Shown: in pieces, positions 12,301 to 23,879 of the stretch
Layout of the letters: each line of letters starts with the position of its first letter
How positions within the stretch are numbered: the stretch's first letter is position 1
Program-made: the position numbers and the translations under genes
Assembly (NCBI GenBank): GCA_002269645.1
Contig: NIVC01003596.1
Span: 1-63,935 of the forward strand
Length of the DNA: 63,935 bases
DNA from: Macrostomum lignano
Taxonomy: Eukaryota
Direction: 5' to 3'
Notes under the pieces: model-generated
What the model was told of the DNA's origin: nothing
What the model saw: only the letters and a program-made list of their open reading frames with translations
The model's database searches: none

Positions 12301-14024
12301 AGGGTCAATGTGAGCCTAAGACACTACTGCAGAGGTCACCCAAGGTCAATCTGAGCCTAAGACACTAGTGCAGAGGTCATCCAAGGTCAATCTGAGCCTA
12401 AGACACTACTGCAGAGGTCATCCAAGGTCAATCTGAGCCTAAGACACTACTGCAGAGGTCAACCAGGGTCAATCTGAGCCTAAGACACTACTGCAGAGGT
12501 CAACCAAGGTCAATCTGAGCCTAAGACACTACTGCAGAGGTCAGCCAAGGTCAGTCTGAACCTAAAGACACTACTCCAGAGGTCAGCCAAGGTCAATCTG
12601 AACCTAAGACACTACTCCAGAGGTCAACCAAGGTCAATCTGAACCTAAAGACACTACTGCAGCGATCAACCAAGGTCACACGGAGCTCAGGGTACAAGGA
12701 AGGTCAAAGTTTAAAGTTCGTCTTGTTCTCGGCTACTCAGACGAGACCTCTGCTCACCTGATAAGACCTGATGATAGCCTGCACAGCCAGGTGATCCTCA
12801 ATGGATTTCTCATCGGCAAAGTGCTCAACAACGCCATCGGCCGACACTCGCCGCGACGGCTGCAAAGCCAATGACGACGATGACGAGGAGACGCCGGCGG
12901 CGAACGGCGAGGTGTACGCCTGGCCGGGGGCGGCACCAGCGACCACCCGACTGAAGTAAGAGTTCCACGACTGATGGGAGAGAGGCGAGGGCGGTGAGTT
13001 CTGTACTTCATTGATGCGCTGCATCTGATTATTGAAATCCTGTTGCCCTCTGAGTTCTCAATTCTGAGTGATCAATCTCCGTATCCAGAGTCTAACTTGA
13101 CTGTCACTACATCTCCAAACCCTAGCCTGTCTGTCACTCTCCATCTCCAAACCCTAGCCTGTCTGTCACTCTCCATATCCAAACCCTAGCCTGTCTGTCA
13201 CTCTCCATCTCCAGTCTAGCCTATCTGTCACTCTCCATTTCCAGTCTAGCCTATCTGTCACTCTCCATCTCCAGTCTAGCTTGTCTGTCACTCTCCATCT
13301 CCAGAATCTAGCTTGTCTGTCACTCTCCATTTCCAGTCTAGCTTGTCTGTCACTCTCCATCTCCAGAATCTAGCTTGTCTGTCACTCTCCATTTCCAGTC
13401 TAGCCTATCTGTCACTCTCCATCTCCAGTCTAGCCTGTCTGTCACTCTCCATCTCCAAACCCTACCCTGTCTGTCACTCTCCATCTCCAAACCCTAGCCT
13501 GTCTGTCACTCTCCATCTCTAGAGTCTAGCCTGTCTGTCACTCTCCATCTCCAGAGTATAGCCTGTCTGTCACTCTCCATCTCCAGAGGCCACTGGCCAG
13601 CCTGTCTATCACTCTCCATCTACAGTATAGCCTGTCACTCTCCATCTCCAGTCTAGCCTGTCTGTCACTCTCCATCTCAAAACCCTGCCCTGTCTATCAC
13701 TCTCCATCTCCAGAGTCCAGCCTGTCTGTCACTCTCCATCTCTAGAGTCTAGCGTGTCTGTCACTCTCCATCTCTTTTGTCTAGCCTCTCTGTCACTCAA
13801 TCTCTAGAGCCTAGTCTATTAGTCTCCATTTCCAGCCTTCAGTCACGGCGCCAGCAGTTCACCTGGTGCACAGAATTGGGGTCCTTAAGCCAGGCGGCGT
13901 ACATATCCTCGATGTAGCCGCAGGAGGTGCCAGACGAGAACGGCTCGGCAGTGGCTGATGAGGCCAATCGACGCTCGAAGGCGCGCAGAACGCGAGCCAG
14001 AGAAGACGGTTTAACGCGAAGCAT
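346..14024 (-). CDS. OGDH: 2-oxoglutarate dehydrogenase E1, mitochondrial (3' part continues beyond left edge)
   Basis: Exons 13863-14024, 12758-12970, 7772-7880, 4472-4727, 3044-3590, 2536-2838, 346-818; all GT-AG with matching phases. Motifs include [89 protein letters not shown]. Two 1-nt deletions near 455-473 shift the frame in the last exon. Confidence 0.96.
828..2433. repeat. 42-bp minisatellite in OGDH intron 6
   Basis: Unit CTGGGATAAATAGGGGATTTTAGTGTCTTGGGGAATTCTCAT; gives the spurious [14 protein letters not shown] ORFs. Confidence 0.92.
2908..3033. repeat. 21-bp minisatellite in OGDH intron 5
   Basis: About 6 copies of CCTCAGGTAGCACTGCAAATC. Confidence 0.9.
3637..4438. repeat. 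~31-bp minisatellite in OGDH intron 4
   Basis: Unit CTGACCCACCTGTCTGATGCTGGGGTGACGC with a TGTGCAGGC variant. Confidence 0.92.
5520..7340. repeat. 23-bp minisatellite in OGDH intron 3
   Basis: Unit GGATTTGGACTGGCTGTCTGTG(G/A); internal 575-bp (25-unit) duplication. Confidence 0.92.
7972..12680. repeat. 41-bp satellite array (~114 units) in OGDH intron 2
   Basis: Unit ACTACTGCAGAGGTCA(T/C/A)CCA(A/G)GGTCAATCTGAGCCTAAGAC; highly homogeneous. Confidence 0.95.
13085..13835. repeat. ~30-bp minisatellite in OGDH intron 1
   Basis: Unit GTCTAGCCTGTCTGTCACTCTCCATCTCCA with variants. Confidence 0.9.
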
Positions 14025-14289
14025 AACTGCTGCAGCTGGTTGGGTAGTTTCGGCCCAGAAGACTGGCTCTTAGTGTGCACAGCAATGTACAGCAGGGGCT
14101 CAGACACTTGTGTAAGTCTGGCTAATTGTGCTGCAAAGGGAATGAATAACAATTTGCTACTATAGAATTAGGTCTAACATTAAATTACAAAATACTATAA
14201 AGAAATATTACTAGGCCTAGAATAAATAGTGATAAATATGCCAAATAACAAATTTAGCAATGATAGCAAAAAAACAGGTTTTGGCTTTT

Positions 14290-14585
14290 CATACATGCGC
14301 AACGTCTAAAATTCGGTCGGCCGTGCGACTTAGTTTTAACAAAAATGCGACGTAGTTTTTGGCCAAAAATGCGACTTACATGTAAAAAACCCTAAAGCAA
14401 AATTAACGCAACTTTGGGTAAACGGCGGGAGTAACTATAACTGTCTTATCAGGCAAAAATGCCTCGTCAGCTACTTAGTACTACTGCGTGGGTATTTTTG
14501 GGTGGGCATTTTTTGCGACTTCCTTGGTTGGCTGCCAAATCAGTCGGCCGGATCGGCCGACTCGGCCGACTGTTGCGCATGTATG
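14290..14585. mobile_element. Non-autonomous TIR element (MITE), hAT-like
   Basis: Perfect 14-bp TIRs CATACATGCGCAAC (14290-14303 / 14572-14585), 8-bp TSD TGGCTTTT (14282-14289 / 14586-14593), subterminal GTCGGCCG and TGCGAC repeats. An 8-bp TSD is typical of hAT; superfamily is inferred. Confidence 0.82.
14416..14479 (+). other. Degenerate 64-nt 28S rRNA fragment (region of the R2 / I-PpoI target site) inside the MITE
   Basis: GGGTAAACGGCGGGAGTAACTATAACTGTCTTATCAGGCAAAAATGCCTCGTCAGCTACTTAGT aligns ungapped, 52/64 identical by hand, to the conserved eukaryotic LSU sequence recalled as GGGTAAACGGCGGGAGTAACTATGACTCTCTTAAGGTAGCCAAATGCCTCGTCATCTAATTAGT. Confidence 0.8.
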
Positions 14586-15139
14586 TGGCTTTTTGCTCTT
14601 TTAGATTTATTTTTATTACATCCCTAAGTTCAAAACTTTGGTTAAATCAAAGCACACATATTCTCATACATGCCCAACACCCAGCCAACCTGGGTGGGGA
14701 TAGCAAAAAATGCCAACCCAAAAAATCAAATAAAAAAGAGGGCAAGAAAGAAAAGACAGGAGAGGAGAAAAATAAACAAAGGGAAAAAAACAAAACTGAG
14801 ACCATATTATAGTTAGAGGCAACTAAGATACAATTTTTGAGAAAAACTAAGTTATCAGCTAGGTAATATTTTGAAGTTGGCATGCATATTTATATTACAT
14901 TATATATTTTATACACTAGTAATTTAAATAAAATAACAAACCAAAACAAAAGTTTTTATTATAAAAAATGTGTATATAGTGAGTTTAATGAATAATTCTG
15001 CAAGATAGCCAAATAAAAAATGCTTGCAATTCTTTCTTTCTATTTAACTATTATTAATAAAAATTGTCTTATTCATATAATGTTAATTTATTAAAAATAG
15101 TTGCATATTTTTTGAAAAATAGGGGGGCCTACCTAATGC

Positions 15140-15735
15140 CATTTTAATAGACCTATCAAAATGAAAAAATGGGAGCACAAGAAATGCTTGCAGACAAGTT
15201 GTCCACTGAGATTTGCCTGCAGGAGATTTGCTCATTAAGATTTGCTTACAACAAGCGAATTACCCGCCAAGTTTTTTCTAGCTGAGGTTTGCCCATAGGC
15301 CATAATGCTTTTTCCTGCATGCATTTGGCCACACGGTAGATTTTGTTTGCATTGCCTTCCCAATTTTTAGACTTTAGTAAGTCTTAATAAAGAGATTTAC
15401 CCAATCAAATGTTTTGATAGTAACTGTATATCAAATGCATATTTTTGGGAGAGAGTAGGCCTAGGCCAATTGCAAATAGAATCTAGCTGCCAAATATGCC
15501 ATAAGAAAAAAGCATTGCAGGCAAACTTTGATGGGAAAAAACTTAGCAAGCAATTTGCTTGTGGGCAAAATGTAGTGTAGGCAAATCTTGGTAGGCAATT
15601 CTCCATGGGCAATTCTCTCACAGGCAAAATGCACTGCGATCAAATCTCAGTGGGAAAATCTCAATGGGCAAATCTCTTGCAAGGAAATCTTGGCAAGCAA
15701 TTCTCATGGACCCAATAAAATAGATAGGCCTAAAA
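15140..15735. repeat. Old degenerate inverted-repeat (foldback/MITE-like) element with ~15-bp periodic subrepeats
   Basis: Left arm has periodic GAGATTTGC; right arm has periodic GGCAAATCTC/GGCAATTCTC (reverse complement). Ends and TSD are unresolved. Confidence 0.4.
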
Positions 15736-17046
15736 TAGGAATTATTAGATTATTTGCCTTGTCTAGGCCTATTTAACTATAAATTATAATATTAGGCCTA
15801 TAACTTATAAGTTATATTATAACTAGGCCTCATGCATGGCCTCATGACGACATGAGTATATTAAGCTCAAATATAGCTTAAACTCTTATTTTAATTCATT
15901 TAGGGCTTATAGGCCTTAAATGCTCAGGTCTAAGTCTAATAAGTTATAAAAAACTATCTAGTCTATCCTACTTAGAGTCTAGAAGATTAGGCCTTATCAT
16001 AAGACTATTACAAAATAAGCTTGACAACTATAATATGTTAAACACTTTGGAGCGCGCAACACGTCGAAAATCGTGAAACAATATTGATAGTCACTACTTT
16101 TTCTACTCATCGCTTAGCAAGCAACTCTACATGAATTCGACTTGATAATGCTCTAAATTCTACGCCCTTCGATAGGGCCTGCAGAAATTAGTTTGTTCTT
16201 CGTTCGATAAAGTTTCCGGGTTTGTCTGGGTAAGCAAATTTCACAGTTTCTAACAGGCTCAATTCTGTCAGCATTGTCACGCTTAGCCAATATTGAAAGG
16301 GAAATTTTCTTTATCAGTTTAGAATATTATTACATTGATTACTTTTTTGCTTACCGTTGGTAAATCGACTGGATCAAGCATTCGATAGAAAGCGCATGCG
16401 TCCATTTCGCTGCTCCACTCATGAGCAGTCTGTAAAAATAATGCGTACGCCAGCAAACCAACACACTGAGGACGACTCAAATGACGTGTATTAGTCCTTG
16501 GACACACATGATCCCAGCAAGTACCACGGAATCAAAAATAGCTAGACCACCTGATCGAATTATTTAAACAGTGCTCATAATGTAATCTACTCGATGCATG
16601 TAATAACCATCATGAGCCTAGATCACATTAGGCGGCCCCCAAGGACAGAATTTGTTGAGTGCAGAATCTGCTGAATTAATTTAGCCATAACGTACGCCTT
16701 GAAATAGAACTTTGAAAGAAATGGAACTCTATAAGATCGATACAAATAAATAATTTTAATTACACGACAACTCGGCCGCGCTTACTGTATTTATTTTACA
16801 TTGATTCCTCGTAAATTTATCCTTCTTTATATATTTCTTGTAAAATTTGCATGCATAATACTAACATACTATAGGGGGTACTTAAATTATGCTCTGTATG
16901 AGAAATGCATACTCGTAAATGTACATGTACCATATGCAGCCGTCCCTCTGGCCAACAACATGATCGAGCAATTTCGACTTAAAAGGCTGCACTCAGTAGG
17001 CGTTCGTTAAATGTTTTGTGTAGTTTAGAAAATACATCTTGATCCA

Positions 17047-17482
17047 TTAAGGAGGCTCATATTTGAGTAGCCCTTGAATGTAAATGCATGGGCAAGATGC
17101 ATGCGAACTATACACTAGATCGAATTGGACTGAACGTGCTTGCAAGCGTCGCACGCGCTCGTCCAGTGGAAGGCGGTGTCCTTTTTGAACAGCTCTCGCT
17201 GTGGTCTCGCAATCTTCGCGAAGTCGGGTATGAACTTGGAGAAGTATAGTTGAAGATTGACAAGATGACGAGACGCCCCGTGCTGTCGTCGGCGCTGTGA
17301 TGCGGAGCCCGTCTTCCATCGGCTGAAATCCTGCAGCCCAAGAACACGATCTCCGGGACGCCCATCTGGCATTTCTCCTTGTTCATTTTCACTGAGACGT
17401 TCGAGCATCGCTTGAAGCCGCTTGCCGTGCTCATACGAGTTGACGCCGTGATTGACGATTTCGTCCATGCAGAGTGTCGGAC
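17047..17482 (-). pseudogene. Ty3/Gypsy pol remnant, RT C-terminal part and connection region
   Basis: Frameshifted pieces LCMDEIVNHG...EHGKRL...VKMNKEKCQMGVPEIVFLGCRISADG and YFSKFIPDFAKIARP...KKDTAFHWT. Confidence 0.8.
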
Positions 17483-17996
17483 GCGAAGGCGTATTCAGCA
17501 TGCCAGTGAAGTATGAGACAGACTAGGCCCATGGGCTAAGGTCTGCGATGCTTCACGCCTGCCCCTATCTTCAGCAGGTCAAGGCTGGTGGGAGGTCTGC
17601 ACCCTCTATTTGCCTCTGGCAGCCGCAGACCCCCCCCCACGCTGTCTCGCAAGTCGACCCAGGGTACTCGTCCCCGCGTGTGTTCAAGGCAGTCCCTAGG
17701 GCTGCTGGACAGACTGGGCTCCGGCGCTGGCGACCCTATCCAGTGGCTTCGGCCGAATTTGGGTATGCGGGTCTGGCTCGCCAACCTGCAGGCCGTGGTA
17801 CTGCTCAACGTACTCTCTAATGCCTAAGGTGTTGACCGTGCCGATGGGCTGGAAGGCCGGGGAGTAGTCCGGTCGCAAGCGGTCCCCCTCCTGGTGTCGG
17901 GCCAGCCTTGAGGGTGCTATTGGCCTACTGCCCGGTCAGGTGGAGCGGCCGGGTGGGTACCGCGCCCCTTTGAGGGTAGCCCACCAACCTTTTATC

Positions 17997-19500
17997 ATGG
18001 CCTTCGAGCCGACTATGGATAAACAAGCTATTTCTAGGGACGGGGACCCTTCTAAACCCCAACCTCAGTCCGAAGGACCGGCCGGCCCTGCTGGCAGATC
18101 CCAACCGACTGATTCAACTGTGGCAAAGGAAGGACCGGCTGGCTCTGCTGGCAGATCCGACCAGAGCTACCAAACTCAAAATACCCTAAGACCTGCCAGC
18201 TCCGCTGGTGGATCTAAGGGAACCGCGAGCTCTGAGCCTAAAGGACCGGCCAAATCTGGCAGATCCGATGAAGCTCAGCGGGCTCGGCTTGAGCGCAAAC
18301 GCGCTAAACAACGCGCCAAAAGGCAGGCCAAGAAGGGAGCTGCGGGGGCCAAAGCGGCGGCGTCCACCATGGATGCTGAAGCGACTGGAGTCCCAAGGCA
18401 ACCAGGCGGGCCGGCCGGTGGAAGCTCCAGTAGTTCAGCGGCGGCGCTCCCTGGAGCTGCTGCCGCGGCTGCTGAGGCCGAAACCACGGCGCAACAAATG
18501 GCCACTGCCAACAAGGAGGTTCCTTCGGGAGCTACCTTTGCGGCGAAGGCCAAGGCCAAAATCCCGGGAGTGATCATCCAAGGTCGCGACCAGGACTGGA
18601 CCACTGATCAGCTTCAAAAAGTGTGGAGTGCTGTTGACTCCTATCTGATTGAGCTGACTGTCGAGGAGGGAATCTCCATCGGCGTTGAGCGGATGGTGCT
18701 GCGAAGCACATTCGTTCTTATTGCTCCTAGCAGCGAGGAGGACGCTCGGCGGCTGCTCCAGCGGCTACCGACGGTCTCCTTGGATGCTGACCTTGGCGGA
18801 GCTCTTTTTCTTCGCGAGGGCCAGCGTCCAAAGACGATACCCTATGTGGTTTTCGTCCCTGCTAAGAGCACCGCAGCTGGACCAGACGTTATTCGCCGGG
18901 TCCTACTGCGTCTGAACCCCGACCTCCCTGCTAGTGGACTGGTGTATCACCGTAAAGTCCGCAGGGGGGAGACGGGCAACTCAATTGTCCTCGGCCTTTC
19001 CAGCACTTGGGCGAGTCGGTACCCTAATGGATCCTCTTTCCAGCTGGGTGCCCTCAAGCTCAAGTTGCGCCGAGGAAAGTCTGCCAAAGGGAAGGCTACT
19101 GCCAACCCCGGCATCTCCGGCAAGAGCGGGCGCAGTCTAAGGCCCAAGGAAAGGCGCAAGCCGATCCCAAAGCCAAAGCTGCATCTCGCCCCTCTGCTAG
19201 CAGCAGTTCGGCGACCGCGGTAACGGCTCCGGCCAAGCCCCGGGAACCAAACCTGCCAGTCGGAGAAGGAGTTGAGGACGAGGCCGGGTCTTCGGAATCC
19301 GAGCTCTCCTCGGCCACCTTGGTGGGGTCTGAAGGTAAAGATGCAGGTGAGGAAGCTTCCTCCATCCTGTCATCGGAGCCTGAGGACTCTGCTGGGGGGC
19401 CGGTGGGGGTGAGGAGGCCATGGACGTCGACCAACTCCCATCTCCCAGTCAAGCCCCAGCGGCCTGGGACGAGGACGATCTGTTGTCCAAGTCTCCTTGA
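17997..19500 (+). CDS. LINE ORF1 (basic/low-complexity N-terminus, DUF4780-like core, no zinc knuckle seen)
   Basis: ATG at 17997, open to 19223. Probable homopolymer frameshifts near 19108 and 19397 would extend it to ...EEAMDVDQLPSPSQAPAAWDEDDLLSKSP*. Confidence 0.6.
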
Positions 19501-19539
19501 TGGCCCTGGGCTCTAGCCAGATATTGCATTTAATACAGT

Positions 19540-22500
19540 ATGACTAAGCTCCACGCTGCCAAAGGAGCGACATTCTGTCTGCAAATAAATTTACAGCATT
19601 GCGTATCTGCGTCAGTAAATCTGATGAAGATTGCTGAGCTGTACAGGCCAGGCCTCATCCTGATCCAGGAACCCTGGATGCGCAACGGTAAGTTGCCCAA
19701 CATTCCCTCTGGCTACTCTGATTTTTATGTGTGTGGCCCGGGGAACAGCCGCCCTAGAGCGGCTATCCTCGCTGCTAGCCATCTCCAGGCTTGGCTGAGG
19801 ACTGATCTCTCTGATGGAGACCTTTGCGTCATCCAATCTAATCATTTCTCTCCGCGTACGTGTCTTGTTGCCTCGGTTTATATCCCAGGCGACAGAGACC
19901 CTGCTCCGAGAGTTTACTGCGCCTTGCGCAGTACTGCGAGTCCCAGAACGCTGAGCTGTGCTTAGGGGGCGACCTCAACGCGCACCACAAGCACTGGGGC
20001 AGCAAAGATACCAACACTAGAGGAGAGGAGCTTCTGGCCCTCATCTCTAACACAAACCTCATGCTCTGCAACCGCGGCAGCACTCCTACCTTTAATAATG
20101 GCAGATGGACCGAGGTCCTCGACGCCACACTCGTTACCCCAAGACTCTTTGACAGAGTTGAGGAGTGGAGAGTCTGGTCTGAGGAGCCCTCCCTGTCTGA
20201 CCACTGCTTTATCGCCTTTAATATCGCGGACACTAAAACCCAGTCTCCGATCACTTGGAGACGCAATATCCGCAACACTGATTGGGCGGCCTACAAGGCT
20301 GCCCTTGATCTGCACCTGCAGGAACTCACGGACTTACGTCCGATTGAGACCTGCGAGGATGTGGATCATATGGCTGAGACGCTGACAGGTTGCATTATTG
20401 CAGCCTACGAAGCGGCTTGTCCTGCTCGCGCCTACAGAGGCAAGACCTCGGCGCCGTGGTGGAACCCGGAGCTGGGGAAACTCAGGCGGAAGGCCAAAAG
20501 CCTTCATCGCCGTGCCATGAAGACCGGAAACCCGGAGGACATGGAGCTTTTCCGGCAAGCCTCCCGCAATTTCAAATCTGAAGTGCGCAAGGCCAAGGAA
20601 TGTAAGTGGCGCCAATTCTGCAATGAATTGGATCAAGACAGACCTACTTCTAGGCTTGTCAAGGCCCTTACAATGGACAAAATGTCCAAATTAGCCATGA
20701 TCAAAAAAGATGATGGCTCTCTTACTAAAGACCCTGAAGAAGTGCTTCAGCATATGCTTAGCACATTCTTCCCGAGGGTACCTACTGCTAGACCGGAGCC
20801 CAACCATTCGATGGATGGAGCCACCCTAGCGGCGGGCATTGTCACTGAAGACCTAATCGCTCGTGCGGTCAGAACCTTCAAACCCTTCAAATCTCCTGGA
20901 CCTGATGGTATCTACCCTGTTCTCCTTCGTGAAGCAGCCAAGATACCCTCGTTCCTGAGACTCACCCGCAATCTTATGCGGGCCTCTATCCAGCTGGGAT
21001 ACGTTCCCAAAAGCTGGACTGAAGCTCGAGTAGTCTTTATTCCCAAACCTGGGAAGGGTGACTACCAAAGCGTCAAGGCCTTCCGGCCAATTAGCTTAAC
21101 GTCAGCAATGCTTAAGCTCACTGAGAGGCTTATTCTCTGGCGGCTGCTCTCCTGCGAGCTGACAGCGATGCCCCTCAGCAATAATCAGCACGCCTTCCGT
21201 ACCGGGAGGTCGACTGACAGCGCCCTGCATGCGATTGTCGAAAAGATTGAACGGGCGGTACTGGGTGACGGTTACGCCCTGGCTCTCTTTCTTGACATTG
21301 TTGGCGCCTTCGACAACGTTATCTTTGAAGCGTTTCAGAGGGCCCTTCAAAATCGCAAAGCTCATGCTACCCTCATACGGTGGATCATGTACATGATCTC
21401 CAACCGTACGGTCACTGCCCAACTTCTTGGGCAAACTGCCTCCACCAGAGTCTGTAAGGGTGGACCCCAAGGCGGAGTCCTCACCCCGACGCTCTGGAAC
21501 CTGGTCATGGACGCTCTTCTGAGTGACTCCCGACCTGACCCCGTCTTCAAAGTCGGGTATGCTGATGACGTCACGGCCATTGTGGCAGGACCGTCTCCCA
21601 GCACGCTCAGGGATCTGATGCAGAGCTTTATCCGCAAAGCAGAATCCTGGGCCAATGACAATGGTTTGGAACTCTCTGAGCCCAAAACCGTTGCCATTAT
21701 GTTTACCAGCAGACTACGCTGGAACATACGTCCTCTGCAGCTCTACGGCAGAGATATTGCCTTCGCGCACCAGACCAGATGTCTCGGGGTCACACTTGAC
21801 CACCGGCTCAACTGGTCCTTCCACGTGAAAGCAAAAGCTAAGCGTGCCTCAGCCATCCTGGCCCAGCTCCGACGAGCACTTGGCACTTCTTGGGGTCTAT
21901 CCCCAAAGCGGCTTTGGTGGATCTATACTTCCGTAGTTAGACCTGCCATTACGTACGCCTCTGTTGTCTGGGTTAGCGCTACCCAGGTCAAAAGCCATGC
22001 AGACCTGCTCAACACGATCCAAGGCAGAGCGTGTAGGCTCATCTGCAACGCCACCAGGTCCACGCCCTTTGCTGGCATGGGGGCCTTTCTTAATCTTCCG
22101 CCTCTTGACCTCTTCATCAGGGGTGAGGCGGCTAGAACGACGCGGCGTCTAATTGATGCCGGCGTCAAATTCATTTACATGAGAGCACCTGCTAAGCGGA
22201 ACCTTGTCCCGCATAGCGATCTGTGCCTCAACTTTCTCAACGAGTGTCAGGCCAATCGCGTCTTCACCGATGGCATTGCCTCAACGCTCAACCTGAGACA
22301 GCGCTACTCCGTAGCTATCGACTCGCGCGATAACATCAATGACCATTGGAACCCTGGTGAGCTTCATTGCTACACCGACGGTTCTAAGCAGTCAGCCAAC
22401 ACCGGCTTTGGTGTTGGAATCTTTCTGAACGGGAGGGTCATCGCTACCCACGCTCAATACACTGGGGTCAACTCCAGTGTTTTCCAAAATGAAGTTCTGG

Positions 22501-23279
22501 CCATCAGCTCCTGCACTGCAGAGCTTCTCGCCACTGGCGTTACTGGTAAGAACATCATTTTCCATTCGGACAGCCAAGCTGCCTTGCACGCCATCAGTGG
22601 CTGCAGCACCAACTCTGCTACAGTCCTTGACTGTATCAAACTCCTCAATGTGTTGGGTTCCGCCAACAAAATTACCCTTAAGTGGGTTCCGGGGCATGTG
22701 GGGATCCGAGGAAATGAGTTGGCTGACACCCTTGCAAAAGTTGGTGCCTCCGGCTCCTCTCTCGGCCCCGAACCTCTTGTCCCGATTCCTGGCTGTGTCA
22801 TCGACTCGCGCATCAAAGCGTGGATCAGGACTCAGCACCGCTCGACTTGGGCGAACCGCACGAACTGCAGGCAATCCAGAGGCGCTGTCCCTCAGCCCTC
22901 TCACCAGCTCCGGAAGCTCCTCTTGCGCCTCTCGCGCAGAGACATCCGGGCTGCCACCATGACCCTCTCTGGTCACGGCTGCTTCTCCAGGCACCAGTAC
23001 CTGCAGGGCAACGCCACCAACGCCACCTGTAGTTTCTGCAACTCAGGTGACGAAACCGCTGAGCATTTCGTCAGCATCTGTCCCGCCTTCACGCGGGCCA
23101 GACTCACTTACCTCGGGCCACACACATCTATTACTGAAGCGTGCAAACCCGAAAACTTTAATCAGCTCATGCGCTACCTTCGGGCCACCCGCAGGGCTGA
23201 ACTCTCCTTTCCAGAGAGCACCATAGCTGCTGGCGACACTGGGGGACCTCCCTGGGCGGCGCCAACCCTCCGTCCATAG
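19540..23279 (+). CDS. LINE ORF2: AP endonuclease, reverse transcriptase, RNase H, CCHC finger
   Basis: QINLQH..LIQEPW, GGDLNAHHKHWG, LSDH (APE); FKSPGPDGIYP, FRPISLTS, FLDIVGAFD, GPQGGVLTPTLWN, YADD (RT); YTDGSK, SDSQAAL, WVPGHVGIRGNELADTLAK (RNase H); CSFCNSGDETAEHFVSIC. One 1-nt frameshift near 19906. Confidence 0.92.
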
Positions 23280-23376
23280 CGACGCGTCGGCCGTTCAGGG
23301 ACTAGCGGAATGGGCGCCCGCGCCTTCCCGCTGTGTCCCCTCCGGGACAGCCCTGCAGCTAAGTCAAGTAAGTCAA

Positions 23377-23879
23377 GAAGCCGCTTGCCGTGCTCATACG
23401 AGTTGACGCCGTGATTGACGATTTCGTCCATGCAGAGTGTCGGACACCCTTCATGTCAGCCAAAATTGTTGACAGGATTTCTTAGAAAACAGGCAACAGA
23501 AGAACTAGACATGCCGAACGGGACCCCCATGAACTGGTAGAGCCCACAATGAGTGATGAACGCGGTCAGCTTCCTACTGCGGAATTGCAGTGAGATCTGC
23601 AGGTAGCTTTGCTTCAAGTCTAGCTTGCTGAAGATCTGCGCGCCTGCGAACTCGGCGGCCAGCTCCTCCTGGGTTGGCATGGAGAAGTTATCCGCGTTGA
23701 TTGCTTTGTGGCAGTTGCGCAAATCAACGCAAAGTCGCAGGTCGCCATTCTTCTTCTTAAATACGACTAGATTGGATACCCAGGGAGAGGCATCCATCTT
23801 CTCGATGACACCTGCGGCCTCCATCTCGCTTAGCTCGTCCTTCACGCGGCTCAACTGTCGGTGTCACATCCTGGTGCAG
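23377..23879 (-). pseudogene. Ty3/Gypsy pol remnant, RT N-terminal part
   Basis: SRVKDELSEMEAAGVIEKMDASPWVSNLVVFKKKNGDLRLCVDLR...IFSKLDLKQSYLQI...TAFITHCGLYQFMGVPFGMSS. Confidence 0.85.

Larger units (their letters stand above)
17483..23376 (+). mobile_element. Full-length non-LTR retrotransposon, LOA-like (I/R1 group), inserted in Gypsy RT
   Basis: 5' UTR, ORF1, ORF2 (APE-RT-RNase H-CCHC), structured 3' UTR and a TAAGTCAAG TAAGTCAA tail. Flanked by an exact 69-bp duplication (17414-17482 and 23377-23445). Clade assignment rests on recalled motifs. Confidence 0.88.

Noticed and set aside
7972-12680. Regular arrays resembling CRISPR
   Set aside because: No unique spacers and no cas genes; eukaryotic intronic satellite.
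17859-17879. GGGGAGTAGTCCGGTCGCAAG resembling a conserved SSU rRNA motif in the LINE 5' UTR
   Set aside because: The match is short, needs a 3-nt insertion and does not extend; likely chance.
19900-19912. Programmed ribosomal frameshift within LINE ORF2
   Set aside because: No slippery heptamer, and it falls in the middle of the APE domain; it matches the window-wide homopolymer error pattern.
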